Part shown: positions 39,613-48,268 of the stretch, piece by piece
Layout of the letters: the number at the start of each line of letters is the position of its first letter
How positions within the stretch are numbered: the first letter of the stretch is position 1
From: Candidatus Helarchaeota archaeon
GTDB lineage: Archaea; Asgardarchaeota; Lokiarchaeia; Helarchaeales; RDOG01
Reading direction: 5' to 3'
Length of the DNA stretch: 64,000 nt
Assembly: GCA_019058315.1 (NCBI GenBank)
Contig: JAHPZH010000002.1
Span: forward strand, 224,001 to 288,000
Position numbers and translations under genes: made by a program
Notes under the pieces: model-generated
The model's database searches: none
Told to the model about the DNA's origin: nothing
Seen by the model: the letters and a program-made list of their open reading frames with translations, nothing else

Positions 39613-40188
39613 TTGAAAATGCAAACAAAGAAAAAAAAAGTTTTTAAAATTGTAGTATTGGGAGAAGCTGGAGTAGGAAAAACCAGTTTAGTTAGGAGAT
39701 ATTGCGAGGGGACTTTCCTAGAAGGATATAAAACTACAATTGGCAGCGATTTTTATGTAAAATATCTTCGTTGTGAGGATGGAAGTCCCTTAATTCTTTC
39801 AATTTGGGATTTAGCGGGAGAACATCGTTTTCAGTTTGTAATGGAGAATTTTATGAAAGGTGCAAAAGGAGCACTCCTTGTTTTTGATCTAACAAAAAAA
39901 AGAACATTCATAAAATTAGGTGAATGGTTACAAATATTACAAAAAGCAGCTGGATCAGTACCTTTGATTCTAATAGGCAATAAATCAGATTTGATTGATT
40001 CACGTTTTGTTTCTGCTGATGAAGCTAAGGCATATGCTGAAAATAATGGAATTGCTTATTATGAAAGCTCAGCTAAAACAAGCTGGAATGTTGATAATAT
40101 CTTTCAAAAAATATCAAATTTATGTTTAAATAAAGAAGCAACTGAAGTTGTTGAATACAAAGAAGAAGCAAGGCGAATAGACTTATGA
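39613..40188 (+). CDS. Rab-like small GTPase
   Basis: FKIVVLGEAGVGKTS, TIGSDF, WDLAG, GNKSD, ESSAK. Confidence 0.9.
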   Translation: MKMQTKKKKVFKIVVLGEAGVGKTSLVRRYCEGTFLEGYKTTIGSDFYVKYLRCEDGSPLILSIWDLAGEHRFQFVMENFMKGAKGALLVFDLTKKRTFIKLGEWLQILQKAAGSVPLILIGNKSDLIDSRFVSADEAKAYAENNGIAYYESSAKTSWNVDNIFQKISNLCLNKEATEVVEYKEEARRIDL

Positions 40189-40198
40189 GGGGTATATT

Positions 40199-40396
40199 TT
40201 GCCACAAAAAATAATTGTTTGCCCAAAATGCAAAGAACAACTAAATTTTATTGTTGATGATTCAGTAATTGCTAATTCTAAAAGTTTTCCGATACCGAGT
40301 GTTGTTCAACACAAAGATCATTATCTAATAGTCTATCTTGATTCTCAATGTGCAATATGTGATATAGAAATTCCCTTATTTTTTAAAAGTGAATAA
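40199..40396 (+). CDS. Small putative Zn-binding protein downstream of the GTPase
   Basis: CPKC ... H.DH ... YLD; GAGGGG SD; 10-bp gap after the GTPase. Confidence 0.6.
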   Translation: MPQKIIVCPKCKEQLNFIVDDSVIANSKSFPIPSVVQHKDHYLIVYLDSQCAICDIEIPLFFKSE

Positions 40397-40429
40397 ATGA
40401 ATATAAACGCTTTAAAATCTCTATTATCT

Positions 40430-40753
40430 TTAAAATCCACATTTAAGAGTTGAATTATAAATATGATTAGCATGCATTTCTATAATTTCAAGCTCTTCTT
40501 TTCCTATTGTTTTTTTAATTAATTTACCATCAATTATTACTCTATCTCCCTTTCGTATGATTATTTGACCTGTACGTGTATAAGTATAAACTAAGAATTC
40601 GTCTGGAATGCCTTCAATTTCTTTATCTAATTTAAGACTAAATTCATAATGACCACCTGCTTGAGAACGTCCATATATCAAATTCGAAGTCGTAGTTCCC
40701 GAGAGAACTCCTTTAAATAACTCCACTTTTCCCATTAGATTCAACTTCCGCAT
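40430..40753 (-). CDS. OB-fold-like array member A (single domain; likely TTG start at 40744)
   Basis: ELFKGVLSGT...FSLKLDKEIEGIP.EFLV...RKGDRV.I.GKL...HIYN.TLK. Confidence 0.75.
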   Translation of the reverse strand: MRKLNLMGKVELFKGVLSGTTTSNLIYGRSQAGGHYEFSLKLDKEIEGIPDEFLVYTYTRTGQIIIRKGDRVIIDGKLIKKTIGKEELEIIEMHANHIYNSTLKCGF

Positions 40754-41379
40754 TTAAGAGTTTTATTATAAATATGATGAGCTTCCATTTCATTTATATG
40801 AAATTCGTCGTTTTCCATTCTGCCTTGGTACAATTTACCTTCAATTAACACTTTATCTCCCTTTTTTATGATTAAACCATAAACATCATGTGAATAAACC
40901 ATAAATTCATTTGGAATGCCTTCAATTTTCATATCTAATTTAATGCTAAACTGACGTTCCAAAAAAGAATAGATTATGTCTGAAGTTGCAGTTCCTGAGA
41001 GAATACCGTTAAAAACCTCCTTCTTCTTAATTTTTAAACCTGCTCCATGTTTAAGTGTTTTATTATAAACATAATTAGCTTTCATTTTTATGTTTTCGAT
41101 TTGCTCTTTACCCAAGAAATATTGATATAAATAACCTCCAATTAATACTATATCTTCTCTTCTTAACACAGTTCCCCTGATATACTTATAGATAGGTGTT
41201 CCTTTGGGTTTGGTACGAAGTCTTTTGTGGTAAATTTCAACTAAAAATTCCTTTGGAATCCCTTCAATCTCCTCATTTAATTTAAAAGCAAAATTAATAC
41301 CGCCATGATATAAAGTAACTGTTCCCGATAACATTCCTTTAAATAATTCAATTTTTTTCATTAGATTCAACCTCCGCAT
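40741..41379 (-). CDS. OB-fold-like array member B (two domains; likely TTG start at 41370)
   Basis: Two copies of the same ~100-aa framework joined by KHGAGLKIK. Confidence 0.75.
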   Translation of the reverse strand: MRRLNLMKKIELFKGMLSGTVTLYHGGINFAFKLNEEIEGIPKEFLVEIYHKRLRTKPKGTPIYKYIRGTVLRREDIVLIGGYLYQYFLGKEQIENIKMKANYVYNKTLKHGAGLKIKKKEVFNGILSGTATSDIIYSFLERQFSIKLDMKIEGIPNEFMVYSHDVYGLIIKKGDKVLIEGKLYQGRMENDEFHINEMEAHHIYNKTLKCGS

Positions 41380-41963
41380 ATAAGATCTCTATTATAAACA
41401 TTCAAAGCTTTCATTTCTGTATAAGTATATTCATTTTTTCCCATAGTACCATGGAACAAAATGCCTTCAATTAGTATTTTATCTCCTCTGCGTATGATGA
41501 TTAGGTTAGACGAAGAAACCACAAATTCATTTGGAATTCCTTCAATTTCTTTATCTAATTTAATGCTAAATAACCAAATATACTGAGAAAAGGTGAGTAG
41601 ATCTGAAGTTGCAGTTCCTGAGAGACTACCGTTAAATACCTCTTTTCTCTTAATTTTTAAACCTGCTCCATGTTTAAGTGAAGTATTATAAACATTATCA
41701 GTTTTCATAAATATATGTTCGAGTTGTTCTTTACCCTCGAAAGATTGGAATATTTTCCCTCCAATTTTTACATTATCTCCTTTTCTTAAGAATAAGAAAT
41801 GGTGACTAATTTTACTTCTAACTAAAAATTCCTTTGGAAGACCTTCAATCTCTTCATTTAATTTAATACTAAAATTATAACCATCCCTCATCATAAACGA
41901 ATCTGAAGTAACAGTTGCAGATAAAACTCCTTTAAATAATTCTATTTTTCCCATTAAATTCAA
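41367..41963 (-). CDS. OB-fold-like array member C (two domains)
   Basis: Same framework; GGAGG immediately upstream of the TTG. Confidence 0.75.
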   Translation of the reverse strand: MNLMGKIELFKGVLSATVTSDSFMMRDGYNFSIKLNEEIEGLPKEFLVRSKISHHFLFLRKGDNVKIGGKIFQSFEGKEQLEHIFMKTDNVYNTSLKHGAGLKIKRKEVFNGSLSGTATSDLLTFSQYIWLFSIKLDKEIEGIPNEFVVSSSNLIIIRRGDKILIEGILFHGTMGKNEYTYTEMKALNVYNRDLICGG

Positions 41964-41984
41964 CCTCCATTTTTGCCATAAGAT

Positions 41985-42614
41985 TCAAAATCCGTATTTA
42001 AGATTTGTATTATAAATGTGATCAACATGCATTTCTGTAATGCTAAATTCATTTTTTCCCATAATACCTTGGAATAACTTGCCCTCAATCAATAATTTAT
42101 CTCCGTTTCTTATGAATATATTGGTATGTATTTGTGAACAAACCAAGAATTCATTTGGAATACCTTCAATTTCTTGATCTAATTTAATGCTAAATACTAA
42201 AGGAGGTTGTGCGGATATATAAAGTTTTACATCTGAAGTTGCAGTTCCTGAGAGCTTACCTTTAAAGACCTCTTTTCTTTTTATTTTTAAACCTTTTCCA
42301 TGTTTAAGTGTTGTATTATAAACATAATTAGCCTTCATTCTTATTCTTTCAAGTCTTTCTCTAGGCTCTAAATATTTCAATAATGTACCTCCTATTGTTA
42401 CAATATCTCCTTTTCTTACGAAAAATGGACTTTTAGGATAATTAAATAGTGATTGTCTTGAGTGAAAAGAAACTATAAATTCCTTTGGAAGTCCTTCAAA
42501 CTCTTCATTTAATTTAATGGTAAAACCATAACTTATAAAAGCTCCTGATTTCGAATCTAAAGTAGCAGTTCCAGATAAAACTCCTTTAAATAATTCTTTT
42601 TTCCCGATTTTCAA
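41985..42614 (-). CDS. OB-fold-like array member D (two domains), first gene of the operon
   Basis: Same framework; TTG start after GGGG. Confidence 0.75.
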   Translation of the reverse strand: MKIGKKELFKGVLSGTATLDSKSGAFISYGFTIKLNEEFEGLPKEFIVSFHSRQSLFNYPKSPFFVRKGDIVTIGGTLLKYLEPRERLERIRMKANYVYNTTLKHGKGLKIKRKEVFKGKLSGTATSDVKLYISAQPPLVFSIKLDQEIEGIPNEFLVCSQIHTNIFIRNGDKLLIEGKLFQGIMGKNEFSITEMHVDHIYNTNLKYGF

Positions 42615-42769
42615 AACCCCATATATAAGTTCTTTTAATTAATTATCACAAATAATTGATAATTATTAAAGGAACTAAGTTTTGATATAAAAGTATTATT
42701 TTATAGGAAATTTTATGTATATGTATAAAAAAGTAAGTTATATTCAAGATTACTGTAAAGGGATAAAAA

Positions 42770-43909
42770 ATGAGTGAAAAATGGTTATTTGAAGCTAATA
42801 AAGACGAACCTGTAAAATATTTGGCACATATAAATGCACTTGTAGGAAATATGACAAGCACTTTAGGAAAAAATCCTGACTCACCTGGTTTAATTGCGAT
42901 TGAAGGGTTTAAAGGACATGCAATAAGTCTAGGTTATTTTCAAGATCTGGATACCGAAATTCATTATGATAAATGCAAAGCTGCAGGCATCTTAGTAGGG
43001 CGTAGGTCCGGTGTTGGTGGAGGTACTATCTTTGTGGACCGATCTAGCATGGCTATGGCAATGGTTGCCGACCAAAATAAAGAAATTGTTAATAATACCT
43101 TTCCTGACATGGATTCTGCATTTCATAAAGTGGGTGCTGTTATAAAAAATGCATATGAAATTCTTGGAGTAAAGGATCCTTGGTATAAACATATTGGAGA
43201 TATTAAAATCGGAAAAGGAAGTAATGAACGGAAAATCACAGGATTTGGGTTTGTAAATTTCGGAAATCTTTTAATTTGTAATTGTATTCTTTCAATTGGA
43301 GAGATGGATATCGATAAATTTATAGACTGTGCAAATATTCCTCCAGAAAAAATTAAAGATAAAAATTTTACTCAAATTGCAGATTATTTAAAGGGAGGAA
43401 TAACAAGCATTGAAAGAGAAACCGGTTATTGTCCAACATTTGAAGAAGTTAAAGATGCATTCTACAATTCTTTTAAGAAAGTGCTAAATTTTGATTTTGA
43501 AATACATGAACGGACAGAAAAAGATATTCGAAAAATTGAAAAATCTATTACACGTGATGAACGCAAACATGGAGAAGACTTCCTATTTGAATTTTCTAGT
43601 AAGAAAAAATTTGTAAATATTCCCAATGAGTGGAAGGTTAACTTTGGAAGATACAAATCACGAAAATTACTGGTTGCCCATATAATTACTAACCAAGAAA
43701 TCATAGAAGATGTAATGTTTTCAGGAGATTTTTATTGTAAACCTACTGCATACTTATTTGAATTAGAGAGATCTTTAAAGGGACTGAATTATAAAGATCA
43801 CAAATCTATCGAAAACAAGATAAAAGAGATATTTAATCGCGAAGATTGGGAAATGCCCGAAGTTATTACGGAAGATTTTTTAGAAGTAATTAAAACAGCA
43901 ATAAAATAA
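42770..43909 (+). CDS. lplA: Lipoate-protein ligase A family protein with C-terminal domain
   Basis: ISLGYFQ, RRSGVGGGTIFVD, GDI...RKITG, FSGDF. Confidence 0.8.
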   Translation: MSEKWLFEANKDEPVKYLAHINALVGNMTSTLGKNPDSPGLIAIEGFKGHAISLGYFQDLDTEIHYDKCKAAGILVGRRSGVGGGTIFVDRSSMAMAMVADQNKEIVNNTFPDMDSAFHKVGAVIKNAYEILGVKDPWYKHIGDIKIGKGSNERKITGFGFVNFGNLLICNCILSIGEMDIDKFIDCANIPPEKIKDKNFTQIADYLKGGITSIERETGYCPTFEEVKDAFYNSFKKVLNFDFEIHERTEKDIRKIEKSITRDERKHGEDFLFEFSSKKKFVNIPNEWKVNFGRYKSRKLLVAHIITNQEIIEDVMFSGDFYCKPTAYLFELERSLKGLNYKDHKSIENKIKEIFNREDWEMPEVITEDFLEVIKTAIK

Positions 43910-43920
43910 TTACCAAATAC

Positions 43921-44006
43921 TTATGTATTCCTGAAAAATAGGAAATTAGACACCATAATTCCTGAGAAAACTCCTTTATACAATTCTATTTTGTTATTAG
44001 ATTCAA
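43921..44006 (-). pseudogene. Frameshifted, truncated 5' remnant of an array gene
   Basis: TTG AAT CTA junction as in members B and A, then KIELYKGVFSG in a shifted frame ending at TAA. Confidence 0.7.
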
Positions 44007-44632
44007 ATTCCGGATTTAAGAGTTATATTATATACATGTTTCGCTTCCATTTCCATTATATATAAGTCAGTTTTTCCCATGGTACCCCGGAACAATGTAC
44101 CTTCAATTAATAATTTATCTCCGTTTTTTATGAATAGATATGAAATATGTGGTGTAAACACCAAAAATATATTTGGAATTCCTTCAATTTCTAGATCTAA
44201 TTTAATGCTAAATACAAAGTTAACTTTACGCATACCAATATATTTTAGATCTGAAGTTGCAGTTCCTGAAAGTTTACCCTTAAAAACTTCTTTTTTCTTA
44301 ATTTTTAAACCTAATCCATTTTTAAGTGTTCGATTATAAATATAATTAGCTTTCATAAATATATTTTCGATTTGTTCTTTACCCCTGAAGTACTGGTTTA
44401 ATGTACCTCCAATTGTTACAATATCTCCTTTTCTTAAGAGAAATGGTTTGACACGACCTGCATTCCTATCAAAATTTGATGAATATTTAACAAAAAATTC
44501 CTTTGGAAGCCCTTCAATCTCTTCATTTAATCTAATAGTAAAACTATAAGCATAAGGATCAATAATTACCAAATCTGAAGTAACTGTTCCAGATAATACT
44601 CCTTTAAATAGCTGTTTTTCTCGGATTTTTAA
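44003..44632 (-). CDS. OB-fold-like array member E (two domains); the position homologous to D's TTG start reads TTA, so possibly a pseudogene
   Basis: Frame extends upstream of track start 44572 as LKIREKQLFKGVLSGTVTSD, matching member D's N-terminus. Confidence 0.7.
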   Translation of the reverse strand, partial: LKIREKQLFKGVLSGTVTSDLVIIDPYAYSFTIRLNEEIEGLPKEFFVKYSSNFDRNAGRVKPFLLRKGDIVTIGGTLNQYFRGKEQIENIFMKANYIYNRTLKNGLGLKIKKKEVFKGKLSGTATSDLKYIGMRKVNFVFSIKLDLEIEGIPNIFLVFTPHISYLFIKNGDKLLIEGTLFRGTMGKTDLYIMEMEAKHVYNITLKSGI

Positions 44633-44802
44633 AACCCCACTTTCAAAATTTGTTGTATTAAAAAATTTTGTGTAATTTATGTTATAAATAATAATATAAA
44701 ATAATTAGCAAATAGGTCCACAAATCATAATCATTTTAACAAATTTAATGAAAAGAATTAAAGGAATGAATTTATTTTCAAGAATAATACTTGAAAGGAA
44801 TA

Positions 44803-44862
44803 ATGCACGAGAAGTGGCTATTCGAAGTTAATAAAAACGAATCTATAAGTCATTTAATATAA
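44803..44862 (+). pseudogene. Remnant of the lplA 5' end
   Basis: MHEKWLFEVNKNESISHLI* versus LplA MSEKWLFEANKDEPVKYLA. Confidence 0.75.
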
Positions 44863-44867
44863 AGTAA

Positions 44868-46172
44868 TCACCAAATACTAATATGTTCCTGACATATTGG
44901 ACATTTCTGAGAGTGCTTTACATATTCTTTCCAACAACATTTATGAAAAATTCTTTTACAATGTGTGCACCTTATTTGACATTCAAATTCCCCTTGAACT
45001 CCGGGAATTGTTCCTGATACATTTTTTTGACAATAAGGACAGACTAAATTCTTACAAATACTGCATACAAATTGAGAGGTATCTGCCATACTATCTCTTA
45101 ATTTATTAAAAAATTCAGCTAAATTAGAGGCAGGAAACCATTCTATAATGAAATCATTAATTGCAGTCTGAAATTTTTCTGAAAGTTGTTGATCTTGGGG
45201 TAAAGTTACTAGGTTTATGGCTGGGGGGGAAGAAGGGTAGTTATTTGGAATTTGGATATCGAATTTGTATTTTTTAGGATTTGTTTTAGATTCTGTAAGA
45301 GAAACATGTATCATATTATTAACTGAATCAAAAATTGCATCCAAATCTTTTTGTTTTAAAAGTTTTAACTCTAAATTTATTCTTAATTTCCTATCTAAAA
45401 TTGCTGAAATTTCTCTTAGTATATGAACTACATGACTGCTACTTGGATTCCAAGATCTTATTGATTTTAAACTATCTAAAAAAATGAATTTTTCCATTTT
45501 TTGTGAAGGAATAATTTTTGGGAGTTGGGGAAACTCTTTCAAGTCAACTTCAAGGTCAAATTGTTCAGCATCCAAACTATAAATATGAATTTTTAATTTG
45601 GTTGATAATTCTGTGGGTTGTTCAACATCAAACTCCTGATAAAGACTTTGAACTTCTTCATCTAATCTTGATTTTCCCATAATTTCTTCTTCAATTGTTC
45701 GAAGAATTTCAACTAGATGAGCTGGAGGTTGTTGAGGAAAATTCTTAATTAAGGCAATTGAATCTGGTGGTCCGAGGAGCTCTATCAGTTCTTGAGGAAA
45801 TGAAATTTCAATTCGTTTTGGATAATCTTGGCATTTAAGTCCTACTGGATAATAAAAACCAATTGAAGAATAAAAATCCACTTTGATATCAGTAACATTT
45901 TCAGGATTTAATTCAACTTGAAAATTATCAATAACTGATTCTATCTCCTTTTTTAGAATTTTTTGCTGTTCTGACAAATCATTTTCTATCGAAGTAATTT
46001 GATTTGATATTTCTTTATTTCTATTTTCTATTTCTTCTATTTTAGCTGTATATTGAGATAAATTAATTTTTCCTGAATTGAAATCACTTTTCAATTCCAG
46101 GTTCTTTAATTTATTTTTCTCAATCTCCTCCTCTAATGTGAAGATTAAATCTAAAATTTTAAAAGAATTCAT
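44868..46172 (-). CDS. Coiled-coil + three UEV/RWD (inactive E2-like) repeats + C4HC3 RING-like finger; putative ubiquitin E3 ligase
   Basis: Three repeats with DYPKR/EFPQLP/NYPSSPP and terminal (W/F)xP...L helices; CPYC...CTHC..FH.CC...CPIC. Confidence 0.7.
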   Translation of the reverse strand: MNSFKILDLIFTLEEEIEKNKLKNLELKSDFNSGKINLSQYTAKIEEIENRNKEISNQITSIENDLSEQQKILKKEIESVIDNFQVELNPENVTDIKVDFYSSIGFYYPVGLKCQDYPKRIEISFPQELIELLGPPDSIALIKNFPQQPPAHLVEILRTIEEEIMGKSRLDEEVQSLYQEFDVEQPTELSTKLKIHIYSLDAEQFDLEVDLKEFPQLPKIIPSQKMEKFIFLDSLKSIRSWNPSSSHVVHILREISAILDRKLRINLELKLLKQKDLDAIFDSVNNMIHVSLTESKTNPKKYKFDIQIPNNYPSSPPAINLVTLPQDQQLSEKFQTAINDFIIEWFPASNLAEFFNKLRDSMADTSQFVCSICKNLVCPYCQKNVSGTIPGVQGEFECQIRCTHCKRIFHKCCWKEYVKHSQKCPICQEHISIW

Positions 46173-46219
46173 GGAATTAATAATCCTAAAAATCTATATA
46201 TGTTTTAAAAAACTATTAA

Positions 46220-46501
46220 TTACGAAATTTTTTGCTCTCTTAATGCTTTTCCTAATGTTTTTCCCCACTTTTCCGCTAAGTCTGCCATTATACCATCTAT
46301 TGGGTCTTGAATTATATCATATCCCCTTAATTCTTCAAGAAAGTTCCATAATCGTAATTTAGTTGTTTTTTTTCGGAGATCTTTTCTCGGAAATCTCTTT
46401 AAAAAACCATCAATTTTGCCTTTAATTTCAGGATCTAATCCGGTCTTTTTACTTAATTCCATAAAATTTTGAATGATTGTACGCGAATTCATTTTGCTCA
46501 C
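46220..46501 (-). CDS. Hypothetical helical protein, translationally coupled to the roadblock gene
   Basis: 93-aa ORF; ATGA overlap at 46498-46501. Confidence 0.6.
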   Translation of the reverse strand: MSKMNSRTIIQNFMELSKKTGLDPEIKGKIDGFLKRFPRKDLRKKTTKLRLWNFLEELRGYDIIQDPIDGIMADLAEKWGKTLGKALREQKIS

Positions 46502-46947
46502 ATCGTAGGAATTTTTAAATCTGAAAAATCTACATCTTTTTTCATTGGTTGTTTTGGACTTAAAGGTAATTTAGCGATCTCTGCAGCTGCTTGATTTAAG
46601 GCTAAGAGAGTAATTCCTAAGGATGCACCAGCTGGCAAATTTACTAAAATCAGTGCACTGTCTCCTGCACTTTTGACAATCATTTGTCCATTTTCAGAAT
46701 CGATTAACATTTTGGATAAAGTTCCATGTTCATAAATATCTGTAGATCTTGTGGCTAAAGCAAGGATACTGGCTCCTAACCCAGCAGCCACAATTTCAGT
46801 CTCATTATCTAGGGGTTTATTTGTTTCTTTATCAAATGAAGTTATTGGGAGTCCATTTTTATCAATTATTACCGCAGATTTTATAGCAGTAGTCTCAAGC
46901 ATCTTCTTTAGGATATCATGCAGTTGAATCTCAATTTTTTTCGACAT
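46498..46947 (-). CDS. Roadblock/LC7 domain protein
   Basis: SAVIIDKNGLPI, AAGLGASIL, MLIDSENG.MIV..AG..A.IL, LG. Confidence 0.88.
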   Translation of the reverse strand: MSKKIEIQLHDILKKMLETTAIKSAVIIDKNGLPITSFDKETNKPLDNETEIVAAGLGASILALATRSTDIYEHGTLSKMLIDSENGQMIVKSAGDSALILVNLPAGASLGITLLALNQAAAEIAKLPLSPKQPMKKDVDFSDLKIPTM

Positions 46948-47188
46948 TAGTGATTTCCGTCCATAACACTAATAAGAAATAATGATGTTTGGATTATTTT
47001 CTTATATTTCATAATATTTTAAATTATTTTTCCCTATCTGGATAATATCTAAACATTATCATAAATATAAAATGGTGACAAAAAGAAGAATTTTATAAGA
47101 TCAAAATTATATTTATGTTCTTATTTGAAATAAGTAAAAGGAATTTTCAGAAATTTTTGAAGATTCACAATAACTATGAGGAAACCAG

Positions 47189-48241
47189 ATGTCTAATCTT
47201 AAAGATTACATTAAGCTACTAAGACCGCAACAACAATATAAGAATGCTCTAATTTTTTTGGGACCTATTTTTGGTTTAAACTTTCTAAATTTAGATGTTT
47301 TATGGAAACTTTTAAATTTTCAATTATTTGGTCCCTTAATTTTCAGAGTCACTCCTTATGAGTCGTTATTTAATATAAATTTATACATAACTCTAATTAT
47401 TGGATTTTTTTGTTTATGTGGTGTTTCAGCAGCTAACTACATAATTAATGACATTATTGATATGGAAAAGGATAAAATACATGAAGATAAAAAAGAAAGG
47501 CCACTTCCCTCGGGTGCTGTTTCTGTTAGGTCAGCGAAAATTCTATGCGTCATACTTCTAATTGGAAGTATCGGTTCCGCATTTTATTTTAATCCCTATT
47601 TTTTGTTCGACCATCCAGTTTTCGGATATCTAATATTCCCTGATATAATTTTTGGATTTCCTTGGTCAGGGGTTATGGTTATATTAGTCTTCTTAACAGG
47701 TCTTCTTTATAACCTTAAATTGAAAAAAATCGCATTTGCAGATGTGATAACTATATCTGTCAATTATGTTTGGCGTGCGATTACCGGTTGCTTTTTAGCA
47801 TTAATAAATATCTCTGCATGGTTAATTATAATAATATTCTTAGCCGCTTTGTTTATTTCTCTTTGTAAAAGAAAAGCAGACTTAGATCTCCTACAAGAGG
47901 ATGCTCAAAAACATAAAGCAATATATGAATATTATTCTCCAACTTTAATTGAAAATTATATTGTGATAAGCGGCACAAGCTTTCTGCTTGTATACCTTTT
48001 ATACACAATCCAAAAAGAAACTTATTTTGGGGTAGGATGGCTATCAATTACGTTGCCATTTGCATTTTTCTTTATTATGAGATATATGTATCTTGTGTAT
48101 TCTAAAACAGCTATTCCTAGAAAATTTCAAAAAGTCTTTTTCGACAGACAGACACTATATAATTTTATATGTTGGGGAAGTATTGTGTTTGTTGTTTTAT
48201 ATTACTCTCAAATATGTTTTTTCTTGAGTCTGATATTTTAA
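47189..48241 (+). CDS. UbiA-family prenyltransferase (decaprenyl-phosphate phosphoribosyltransferase-like)
   Basis: LLRPQQ.YKN, YIINDIID.EKD..H..K.RPLPSG, KRK.D; multiple TMs. Confidence 0.85.
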   Translation: MSNLKDYIKLLRPQQQYKNALIFLGPIFGLNFLNLDVLWKLLNFQLFGPLIFRVTPYESLFNINLYITLIIGFFCLCGVSAANYIINDIIDMEKDKIHEDKKERPLPSGAVSVRSAKILCVILLIGSIGSAFYFNPYFLFDHPVFGYLIFPDIIFGFPWSGVMVILVFLTGLLYNLKLKKIAFADVITISVNYVWRAITGCFLALINISAWLIIIIFLAALFISLCKRKADLDLLQEDAQKHKAIYEYYSPTLIENYIVISGTSFLLVYLLYTIQKETYFGVGWLSITLPFAFFFIMRYMYLVYSKTAIPRKFQKVFFDRQTLYNFICWGSIVFVVLYYSQICFFLSLIF

Positions 48242-48268
48242 AAAAGAAAAAATAAATTTTTATTCTTC

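Noticed and set aside
40735-41987. Array genes B and C end C-G-S/G-TGA-ATC-TAA (would give CxxU), and D's TGA is in frame with C
   Set aside because: The TGA is explained by the TTGA stop/start overlap. A ends CGF-TAA and D/E have Tyr/Ser at the Cys position. I saw no SECIS-like hairpin downstream of the array.
42646-42861. 71-aa minus-strand ORF upstream of the array
   Set aside because: Overlaps the lplA start in antisense and covers the AT-rich divergent promoter; no protein-like features.
40430-44632. Diversity-generating retroelement or CRISPR as source of the repeats
   Set aside because: No reverse transcriptase, template repeat, cas gene or repeat-spacer array in the window; variation includes large indels rather than adenine-specific substitutions.
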